A stretch of 16,720 bases of DNA, from positions 1-16,720 of the forward strand of contig NW_021824978.1 of the NCBI RefSeq assembly GCF_006345805.1, given 5' to 3'. Shown piece by piece: positions 1 through 8,520 of the stretch. The notes below the pieces were generated by a model. That model was not told the origin of the DNA. It searched no databases and worked only from the letters and a program-made list of their open reading frames with translations. The position numbers and the translations under genes are program-made. Origin of the DNA: Octopus sinensis. Lineage: Eukaryota. Each line of letters begins with the position of its first letter. Within the stretch, counting starts at the first letter, position 1.

Positions 1-400
1 ATATATATATATATATATATATATCTATACCACATATGCAGCTTAATGTGCATATTTACTAGAGTACACAAATGTGTTCTCTGAGGAGAAACAGCGATGC
101 TGCAAAAAGTTACCTAACTATTACTAGTCTATATGCCTGAAGGAAAGTCCTTTCAAGATAGACGCATCGCTGAATTCCTAGTCAAGATATATAACTATAC
201 ATTGCATCATTTAAACCAAGGATGGTGAATTTGTAAACTTCAGTCTCAGCTTCCCTGCAAAACTTGTCTTTTCGGTTGAGAGACGCATCACTCATCTCTA
301 CAACGTTGCAGAAAAGCTATTCGTGAAAGGAGTATAATTCACCCCCCCCCCACGTCTCTTACCCGTCTCTCTATCTCCCTCTATCTCTCTCTCACATCAC

Positions 401-960
401 TCACTTACATACACATACACACACGCACGGAGAAACACGTATACATAAATTAACGCACACATGCACAAACACGCATTTATTCAGACAAGGACGCACATAA
501 ACTAACATACATACACACACACACGGACATACACATAAACCAATGCATGCATAAACACATGCACATACTGAAGAAGACAGATATGTACAGACAATCACAT
601 ACACATACACATACACAAACACACACATTCACAGATAAACACACACAAACACGCACATAAACTAACATACATACACACACGAACATACACATAGAGCAAT
701 GCACGCATAAACACATGCACGTACTGATGAAGGCATATATATGTCCAGACAATCACATACACATACACATGCACAAACATACACACGCACATTCACAGAG
801 AAACACACACATACACGCACATATACATACATGCTCCGATATACACATACATAAAGACACTGACAAATATACGCACTAACACACGCACTAACGCGCAGAG
901 ACAAACACATACTTATAAACGCAAATAAGCACACACAGAGACAAATACAAACATCGTTAT
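401..960. repeat. Degenerate (CA)n-rich tract with ~160-bp higher-order units
   Basis: ACGCACATAAACTAACATACATACACACAC recurs at 491 and 651, with a more diverged third start at ~815. The V/C/Y/M-only ORFs on the minus strand are artefacts of this tract. Confidence 0.9.
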
Positions 961-1022
961 ACACATATACAAGGTCTGATCAAAATGTATCATGACGGGT
1001 GTTATAAGAAGAAGACTACAAC

Positions 1023-1250
1023 CAGAGCCGGATTTACCATTGTGCTCAGGTGTGCTTAAGCACAGGGTGCCGTTGACCAGAGGCCCCTTACATGGCCCCT
1101 GTCCAAGTAAGGGACCTCGTAACTTAGCTAGCATAGAGCCACGTTGACGAGAGGCCATGTAAGGGGTTTCTGGTCAACGAGGCCATGTCCAAGTAAGGGG
1201 CCTCACAACTTAACTAGCACAAGGCCTCATTTGTCCTAAATCAGGCATTG
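1023..1250. mobile_element. hAT-superfamily non-autonomous element (MITE), 228 bp
   Basis: Left terminus CAGAGCCGGATTTA (1023-1036) and right terminus TAAATCAGGCATTG (1237-1250) match 11/14 as inverted repeats. Flanks ACTACAAC (1015-1022) and GCTACAAC (1251-1258) form an 8-bp TSD with 1 mismatch, the TSD length typical of hAT elements. Confidence 0.85.
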
Positions 1251-1376
1251 GCTACAACACATATCAATTCGGCATTGAATCCCTTCGAAGTAAGTCGTCC
1301 CCTTCAGGAGCCATACGCTTTACCCAGTATTGTTTCCATTGATGGAAGCATCCATGGAACTCCTTCTTTGGGTTAG

Positions 1377-1578
1377 TGTCATAATCCTTAATATGTCGAA
1401 TCGTTATTACGTCCACTTCGGTATACAGTAGACTTAGTAAAACCAGTTAAGACACGACTATCTCTGACCGCCTGCTTCGTACTCTGGTACTTCACGTACT
1501 TCTCTTTACTTATAGTGACCGGGTTATTCCGTTCGTCACGTGGGAGAGGTATACCATTATTACTAATTCCCTACAACA
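1377..1578 (+). mobile_element. Solo LTR (202 bp) of an LTR retrotransposon, inserted in the mariner transposase ORF
   Basis: Begins TGTCATAATCC and ends CTACAACA (TGT...ACA termini). A perfect 5-bp TSD GTTAG lies at 1372-1376 and 1579-1583. Excision restores the transposase frame (...QLLAN-PKKEF...). AGTAAA at 1436-1441 is a possible polyadenylation signal and sets the tentative orientation. Confidence 0.85.
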
Positions 1579-1663
1579 GTTAGCGAGCAGCTGCCTCGTC
1601 GCATTCTCAAGGATTTCACGACGTCTTAAAATCTTCCTTTCAAATGGGATTTGACCTTTGACG

Positions 1664-1718
1664 CACGCACGCACACACACACAAACTCACACACACACAC
1701 ACACACACAACACACACA
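1664..1718. repeat. (CA)n microsatellite
   Basis: Direct reading of the sequence. Confidence 0.95.
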
Positions 1719-1813
1719 TTTTATCTGCCATGGCCTCTGATGGAACCCCTGTGCGGTGAGAGGACCACCCTCTACACACTTTACTTCCAAACTCTGCTGT
1801 AAACAACAGAGTT

Positions 1814-1961
1814 CTTTTACAGGACTTAGAAAAACTGAAGGTCCACTGCAATAAGTGTGTGAGTCTCAGAGGGGAATATGTTGACTAAAATCACAAAATT
1901 AGCAGATCCTCCTGTATTTTCTTGTAACCAAAGCCAGGAACTTTTCAGTAGCCTCCTCGTA
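1814..1961 (+). mobile_element. 3' end of a second mariner element (transposase C-terminus plus TIR)
   Basis: The plus strand at 1817-1888 reads LQDLEKLKVHCNKCVSLRGEYVD*, like the Hsmar1-type ending GIxKLxxRWxKCVxxxGxYVE*. It is followed by AAGCCAGGAACTTTTCAGTAGCCTCCTCG and TA at 1960-1961. The reverse complement TACGAGGAGGCTACTGAAAAGTT is a mariner-type TIR. Confidence 0.85.
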
Positions 1962-2454
1962 CATTCTTCGTTAATTAACATGGAAGAGGATTTTGTTACC
2001 ATTTTTAGCTGCTTGATACATTCAGAGCGGAATACAGAGAAATACGTGAATCAGAGAACTGGCGAATCGCTATTTCAACCTAATTAGGTCTCATTCAGTT
2101 TTGGTGTAATTAGCCGTATTGTATAAATCTCACTCCATATATTTGTGCAAATATTTAGCCCTACGCCAATCCTGATCAAACAAAGCGATGGCCCAAGGGT
2201 TTCCAACTATGACAGCCTCCCATATTTTCACGCAGTGCATTGAAGACTTCATTAAAAGGCGTAAGTCGAGGGAGATTTGGCTGCTATTTCTAGCATGTTG
2301 AGCTTCGCCTCTTTAACTCGTTCAGAAATTTGTCGTCTGGTGGCGAAGATTACTCACAGAAAATAATAGTTTGTAGAGAAAAAGGAAGTATAATATATCT
2401 TAGAAAATACAAATATATTGATTTTGAATAAAAAAATATACAATTCATTCCTCT

Positions 2455-2705
2455 TGCATTATAAGAATGTTTCATTTCTTTTATATTCTATTATAAGAAA
2501 AAATATTTTATATATTTTCTATTATAAGAATATATATTTCATTAATATTCTGTTACAAGAAAATATATATTTGATATATCTTGTATTATAAAATTATACA
2601 TTTAATATATCTTCTATTAAAAAACATATATATTCTATTATAATATATATATGTCTAACATATATTCCGTTATAAGAATATGTGTTGAATTTATATTCTA
2701 TTTCC
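2455..2705. repeat. AT-rich degenerate minisatellite, ~31-bp unit, about 8 copies
   Basis: TATTCTATTATAAGAA-like starts at 2484, 2513, 2546, 2577, 2608, 2631, 2663 and 2694. Confidence 0.75.
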
Positions 2706-3044
2706 CCTTAATAATGAATGATTCGAGGCAGACCGAGCCGCAAGCACGTGTGTGTGTGGTATTTGTAATGTGTGCGCACGCAAACACATTAGAGACGGAC
2801 ACACATATACACGCGCGGCGCATGCGCACATGCACCGTCATCAGTTTAAGAGTCGGCAATATAATTGATACAATTTTATTTTTTAATAGAGTTTTATGTC
2901 AGTAATGCGTTCAAAAAAGAAAAGAAAAAACTCGAACTCCACAAAAAACCCCCCAAAACAAACAAACAAAACACAACAACCAACAATCGCACTTTAAGAA
3001 AATGTAACTGCATTCATACATACGCACTATCGATACATATAAAA

Positions 3045-3315
3045 ATACACACACACACACACACACATATATGTAATTATACACACACACACACACATAT
3101 ATATATTGATATATGCATAAATAAATGTGTTTATATATATATAATATATATACGTATATATATATGCATATATATATATGCCTATACATATATATGCATA
3201 TATTTATATGTATATATATATATATATGTATGAATACATATATATATATCTATATATATATACACACACATACACACACGTATGTATATATGCTATCTTA
3301 TATATACATATAATA
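3045..3315. repeat. Compound (CA)n/(TA)n microsatellite tract
   Basis: Direct reading. It explains the I/Y/H/T-only ORFs at 2865-3313. Confidence 0.95.
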
Positions 3316-3372
3316 TAATGTAAGTTGACGAAATAATTGCAGTGACTTTAAATAACTTCGTTCATTCCATTT

Positions 3373-3373
<1 letters not shown>

Positions 3374-3431
<58 letters not shown>

Positions 3432-3500
3432 CTATCTATCTATCTATCTACCTACTAACCTACCTCTCTCTCCCCCCTCTCTCTCTCTCTCTCTCTCTCT
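3374..3500. repeat. (CTAT)n followed by (CT)n microsatellites
   Basis: Direct reading. Confidence 0.95.
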
Positions 3501-4072
3501 TTTTATCTATCTGTTATCAAATCAAATATAGGGAATAACACATCCATGATTACAAGAAAACCGAAGTATCCCAAAATCGAACTAATTTGATCGAAGCTGA
3601 ACGGACGAGACAATATATATTCGTAGCATTTGAAGCAGATCTGGTCATCGTTTTATGAACCATGACACATATTATATATATATGAGTATTTCAATTGGTC
3701 AGAATGTAAACTCTATAATGTCCAGTTTGCTACGAGGGTCTTCCATCCAGACTGATCAAAATGTAAACTTAAATCATTATATATGTTTTGTAATTTAAAT
3801 TGGGTGCGAGGTGAAACAATTGTAGGTAATATTAAAGAATAAATAAATTAATTTATATCCATCAAATCTCTCCATTTTCAAATTTATTAATAATATTTTA
3901 TGTTTTATGATATATTTATAGAAGAAACATCTCTTCTAAATGTAATATATCAAACCAGTGTATCTTAGATAAAACTATCTCTATAAGAGATTTAAATATC
4001 CTCATGCACGTATATATCTATTTCGCTTGTACATCTGTTCCACTGTAACTATTCAATGTCATTTTCATTGTT

Positions 4073-4221
4073 TTGCTTGTTTCACTCATTGAACTGTAAC
4101 CATGCTGGGTCACCGATTTGAAGCTTTTAGTCGAACAAATCGATCCCAGTGCTTATTGGTCTCTCTTGCCGAACTGTTAAATTACGGGACGTAAAGAAAC
4201 TAATACCAGTTGTCAAGCGGT
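4073..4221 (-). mobile_element. 3' half of tRNA-derived SINE family 1 (diverged, internally deleted)
   Basis: The reverse complement matches 6125-6290 of the full-length copy (…CCGCTTGACAACTGGT…TTTACGTCCCGTAA…CAGCATGGTTACAGTTCAATGAGTGAAACAAG). Confidence 0.8.
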
Positions 4222-4373
4222 CTTCATATAAGCTTTTGTAGTTACACAGGACTATTACCATCATAACCAAGCTTTAATTACTGAAGTTTTTAATCAGAGC
4301 TACTACATTGATTAAAATATGCAATTCCGATATCCATCTTATTAATTATTACGTCCATTACCAAAGTAGTGAA

Positions 4374-4850
4374 GTAGCAGAGTCGTTAGATCTCAAGGCT
4401 GAGTTTGTGTACTCAGCGATTTGAGATCAAATCTGTTTGAGGCCAACGTTACCTTTTAGGGTTCAAAGAACAGTACCAATAATAGACAGTGGACTGGCAG
4501 AAGTGTAAGAACATCGGTTTAGATGCCTCTCAATATTTGTCCTGACACACTACTTTCTGAGATCAAATCCCGCAGAGGTTAATTTTTCCTTTTTTTTCTT
4601 TCGAGGTCGATATAAAAGTACCAATGCAAAGAGCTGGGTTGGCAGAAGTGTAATAGCGTCAGATCAGATGCCATGCAGGATTTATTCTGGCTATCTACTC
4701 TCTGAGATCAAATCCTGCCAGAGTCGATTGCGCCTTTCATCCTTTCCGGGATCGATAAAATGTACCGAAGTAGGTCGTTGGATTGGCCAAAATTGACCAA
4801 AACGTAAGAAGCTTTGATCGGATGCCATGGCTCTTTGCCGTCTGAGTCAA
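4374..4850 (+). mobile_element. Three to four tandem degenerate units related to SINE family 3
   Basis: GAGATCAAAT recurs at 4423, 4559 and 4704, and GGCAGAAGTGTAA at 4496 and 4641. The third unit contains GCCTTTCATCCTTTCCGGGATCGATAAAATGTACC, matching 8621-8656. Confidence 0.7.
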
Positions 4851-5029
4851 CTTCTGTCTAAGTGTGCTAAGAAGCACCCACTACAATCTGCGAGCCAAGC
4901 GTAACAAGCAAGACAACTCCTCACAGCAAATGTCGGCACAAAGTTGCCAAAGCTTGGTGGAGTATTTGAGAGAGGGTTCATCAAATTGTAACAAGTACCC
5001 TGGTGAATAAGTGATTGGATTCAGGTTAT

Positions 5030-5203
5030 TTCTTTTACTTGTTTCAGTCACTGGACTGCGGCCATGCTAGGATACAACCTTGAGGGATTTTTGTCGAACA
5101 GACCAACCTTATTACTTATTTTAAAGAATGGTGCTTATTGTTCTTATTTTATTCCGCGCCGCTAAATTACGGAGACGTAAACAAACCAACACTTTTTCAA
5201 GCG
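5030..5203 (-). mobile_element. 3' half of SINE family 1
   Basis: TTTTACTTGTTTCAGTCACTGGACTGCGGCCATGCT at 5034-5069 is the reverse complement of the SINE tail at ~6255-6292. GCTAAATTACGGAGACGTAAACAAACCAACA matches ~6136-6167. Confidence 0.85.
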
Positions 5204-5221
5204 CCATCATATGTATATATA

Positions 5222-5484
5222 AAAAATAAAAATAAATGCGCCCCTTTTTTAAAGCCTAGCCAAGCCCATGGGCCCGGTTTCCTCGGTTTCTATGGCGTAT
5301 GTGTTCCCCAGCTGAACAGGACGCCAGTCCATCACAGCGTTACTCATTTTTGCTAGCTGAGTGGACTGGAACAACGTGAAATGAAGTGTTTTGCTCAGGA
5401 ACACAACGCGTCGCCCAGTCCAGGAATTGAAACGATAATATTACGATCATGATGCTGACACCCTAACCACTAAGCCACGCACCT

Positions 5485-5487
<3 letters not shown>
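5222..5487 (-). mobile_element. Near full-length tRNA-derived SINE, family 2
   Basis: The minus-strand head GGAGGTGCGTGGCTTAGTGGTTAGGG has an A box (TGGCTTAGTGG) and a B-box-like GTTTCAATTCC. The central TTGTGTTCCTGAGCAAAACACTT...CCAGTCCACTCAGCT segment resembles conserved central SINE domains (Meta/CORE-like, from memory). Confidence 0.8.
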
Positions 5488-5518
<31 letters not shown>

Positions 5519-5521
5519 AAT

Positions 5522-5780
5522 AAAAGCAGTCCCAGTGTAATAAATATTATTAAATACATATACGAATATAAATGCTTAGTGTATTTCTCGGTAGCTGCAA
5601 TGACATAGCTGAGTATATAAACTCTCGTTGTCGCCGGTGTCAAAACACTTTATAGTCATGGACAGACGAGATTACACATCTTTAACTCCATTTGGAAGTG
5701 ATGGACAGCGATGTTTCACCATTTTTGTGGCTTGTCAGCATCACGCACTCTCTTGGTTTGAAAGCGAATCACCCAACCAG
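5522..5780. mobile_element. Truncated copy of the ~330-bp MITE-like element, inverted relative to 6311-6645
   Basis: 5633-5778 aligns to the reverse complement of 6381-6526 at about 80% identity by hand count. 5522-5590 resembles the terminal arm. Confidence 0.75.
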
Positions 5781-5858
5781 TCCACGACCTATATGCTCAT
5801 GGCTTGTGAAATCATGAACTGGTATGGAAATTGCATACATGAGAGAAAATTGACATAA

Positions 5859-6022
5859 GGCGTTGGAGTGACTGTGTGGTAAGTAGCTTGCTTACCAACC
5901 ACTTGGTTCTGGATTCAGTCCCACTGCGTGGCACCTTGGGCAAGTGTCTTCTACTATAGCCTCGGGTCGACCAAACCTTGTGAGTGGATTTAGTAGACGG
6001 AAACTGAAAGCAGTCCATCGTA

Positions 6023-6087
<65 letters not shown>

Positions 6088-6303
6088 ATACGTTTGTGTG
6101 TCTGTGTTTGTCCCCACAACATCGCCTGACAACCAATGTTGGTGTGTTTACGTCCCCGTAACTTAGCGGTTCGGCGAAAGAGACCAATAGAATAAGTATT
6201 AGGCTTACAAACAATAAGTCCTGGGGTCGATTTGCTCGACTAAAGGTGGTGCTCCAGCATGGCCACAGTCAAATGACTGAAACAAGTAAAAGTAAAAGAA
6301 TAT
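5859..6303 (+). mobile_element. Full-length tRNA-derived SINE, family 1 (octopus OK/OR-type SINE; exact family name not certain)
   Basis: Head GGCGTTGGAGTGACTGTGTGGTAAG (A box) ... GGATTCAGTCCC (B box), internal (TA)n at ~6021-6076, tail CCAGCATGGCCACAGTCAAATGACTGAAACAAGTAAAAG. Four more partial copies lie in this window. Confidence 0.9.
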
Positions 6304-6310
6304 ATGAAGC

Positions 6311-6645
6311 AAAAGTAGCTCCAATGCAATAAATATTATTAAACACATATACTAATGTATATGCTTTGTGTACTTTCCAGTTGGTAGGGTGATCGCCTTC
6401 AACCCTAGAGGGTTCGTGATGCTGAACAGCCGCAAAAATGGCGAAGCATCGATGTCCAACACTCATAAATGGGATTGAGGATGAGTTATCTCCCCTGTTC
6501 ATGACTTTAAGGTGTTTTAACACCGGCATTGTGTAAGTTATATAAGTTATATACTCCGCTACGCCATTGCAACCACCGGAAAATACACAAAGCGTATACG
6601 TTAGTATTTGTATTTTTATATTAATAATTTGTGCACTTGGAAGTA
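6311..6645. mobile_element. MITE-like element with long imperfect terminal inverted repeats
   Basis: ACATATACTAATGTATATGCTTTGTGTACTTTCCAGTTGG (6344-6383) matches the reverse complement of ~6573-6611 (ACAAATACTAACGTATACGCTTTGTGTATTTTCCGGTGG). Weaker similarity extends to ~6317 and ~6645. No clear TSD was found. Confidence 0.7.
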
Positions 6646-6851
6646 TCAGCACTCAACTACCAACATGGATAAAAAAAGATTGGTGCAAGTGTGAAGGTAG
6701 AACACCCACAAAAATCGGCATTGCTTGGAACTGCGAGAATTCTTTGCAGGGTTCTTGAAGCATGACCAGTAAACAAGTGTCACATTAGTCTCCTAGCTGT
6801 GGACAGTTGACACTTTCCACCATACCCAGCAAAATAAGGTGTGAGTTTTCA

Positions 6852-6922
<71 letters not shown>

Positions 6923-6941
6923 GAAGAAGAAGAAGAAGAAG
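6852..6941. repeat. (AAT)23 followed by (AAG)7
   Basis: Direct reading. Confidence 0.95.
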
Positions 6942-7920
6942 AAAAAGCCCAGTATAGCGATGTATATATATACTTTTGTGTGTACATGTATATATGCAGG
7001 GCTTGCAACTGTGCATATGTGTGGGTGTGTGCGTGTGTAACTTTATGAGTGTGTGTGTGTGTGTGTGTGTACATATTTCGTAGCCAGGTTGTTTCACAGG
7101 TTCGGACAACTTCATTCGCAGGTGACTCTATACAAATTTGATTATCATCTAACACCTGTTTTACTTTTTTCTGTTTATTTTCCCCAAATAAACTTTCTAA
7201 CAGCAGATCCATTTTTGATATAACTGATAATTCCCCATCTTCCTCTTTCGAAATCCTGGCTAGGCTCACTTATTTGTATATCTGTGGTAAAATAGAGTGC
7301 AGCAGCAAAACCAAACAAGCAAACAAAACAAAACAAAAAAATGGCAAAACAAAAAACCCTTTCTATATTTTACAGGTTGACAAACATTGCAACAGCAGAG
7401 ACTCACAGTTGCACCACTTCAAACCACAACGGTAACTAACAAAAAATTATAAAACACAAGCTACCTGAAAATATTATTATTGTTCTAACTTTACAAGCTC
7501 TGTAAAATATGGGACGTTTTTCTGCCACACTCTCTCTTTCTTTATGTGTACGTGTGTATGTGCAACGGAGAGAGAGAGAGAGAGAGAGAGAAGAGAGTAT
7601 TCTTTTATTATGTAATGCATTTTTTCTCGTATTGTCTTTAGGTTTTGATTACGAAGATGAGAATCTGTCGAGGTTAGATTTCAGTTCTTTTATCTTGGGT
7701 TTTCGTATTTAGTGTTGATAAATAATTCTGTCTGTGAAGTAGTTTTGTGACTAGTATACTCATAGATAGATAGACATTGCTGTCACGAACAACCTGTTCT
7801 TGACAACTTGGTCACCCATTACCAATAGCAACAGTGTCAAACCTACTTCTATTGCCATCACTACGAACCAGTCCGATCTACACCCTGGTGGTGGGTGGAG
7901 GACAGGACAAGACAAGGATC

Positions 7921-7937
7921 ACAACCACTACCACACT

Positions 7938-8005
<68 letters not shown>

Positions 8006-8360
8006 TCAACAACATTGGAATTTTAGACTCTATACCTTCTCCTCTCCCCCTGCTCCCCCACATCCTGTTGCTCCTCCACCCCATTAAACAAAATCAACAT
8101 TATACCCTCTACGTCCACCATCACCACCACCACTACCACCACTACCACCACCGCCATTAACACCACCACCACTATATCCGTCCTTATAACCACTACATCG
8201 ACCATCTACCCCGCCTCCACCCCCTCCTCCATCACCACCACCATCACCACCATTAATACCAACATTATAACTTATACCTACAACTAGCATCAACAGTAAC
8301 TGCAGCAGTAGCAGCAACAGCAGCAGCACCCCCACCACCACCTTAACCAATTTAACAACC
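7921..8360. repeat. (ACT)n plus degenerate CAC/CAA/CAG trinucleotide tract
   Basis: Pure (ACT)n at ~7940-8005, then cryptic trinucleotide repeats. It produces poly-T/Y/H/V/G ORFs in several frames. Confidence 0.9.
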
Positions 8361-8520
8361 AAAAAACCAGTCATCACCGATTCAATGACGGAACCGCTAT
8401 ATGCTCTCTCCACCTGCTAGAAATATCAGTTAAACCTCCCTCATATCATACCCCAGCGTGTTAAATAAGGAAGGACAAATCGCACAATGTCGTCAGAACA
8501 CTTTCAATTATAACAGGACG

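Larger units (their letters stand above)
968..1812 (-). mobile_element. Decayed, internally deleted mariner (Tc1/mariner) element, interrupted by a solo LTR and a hAT MITE
   Basis: TA at 968-969 is followed by the TIR-like CAAGGTCTGATCAAAATGTATC. The minus strand at 1660-1579 gives KVKSHLKGRF*DV / EILENATRQLLAN. After removing 1377-1578 it continues PKKEFHGCFHQWKQYWVKRMAPEGD / YFEG (1371-1278), matching the mariner transposase C-terminal pattern (LKGxRF...IPKxxFxxCFxxWKxRWxKC...GxYFEG). Extension to 1812 is weaker: it rests on my recollection of the family 5' UTR and a possible ATG GCA GAT AAA at 1731-1720. Confidence 0.85.

Noticed and set aside
3731-3765. TACGAGGGTC...CTGATCAAAATGTA resembling a mariner TIR
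   Set aside because: Short and discontinuous, with no adjoining transposase remnant or correctly oriented partner.
4925-4999. 75-nt minus-strand candidate exon (TTATTCACCAG ... GTGAGG), open in two frames
   Set aside because: No motif or homology supports either frame, and it lies between SINE relics. Unsupported rather than disproven.
5859-5930. tRNA-like A and B boxes (also at 5420-5487, 8521-8605, 10870 and 11160)
   Set aside because: These are SINE heads continuing into SINE bodies. No complete cloverleaf was seen, so they are not called as tRNA genes.
5628-6652. Paralogous-looking peptides PVSKHFIVMDRRDY... (+5628) and PVLKHLKVMNRGDN... (-6652)
   Set aside because: The similarity comes from the inverted MITE copies. 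Most substitutions change amino acids, so there is no sign of coding constraint.
7376-7431. Plus-strand 56-nt exon candidate (TTTTACAG|...ACG|GTAACT); similar candidates at 2236-2260 and 6797-6840
   Set aside because: No recognisable peptide and the opposite strand to the EGF exon. Such AG/GT pairs are expected by chance in AT-rich DNA.
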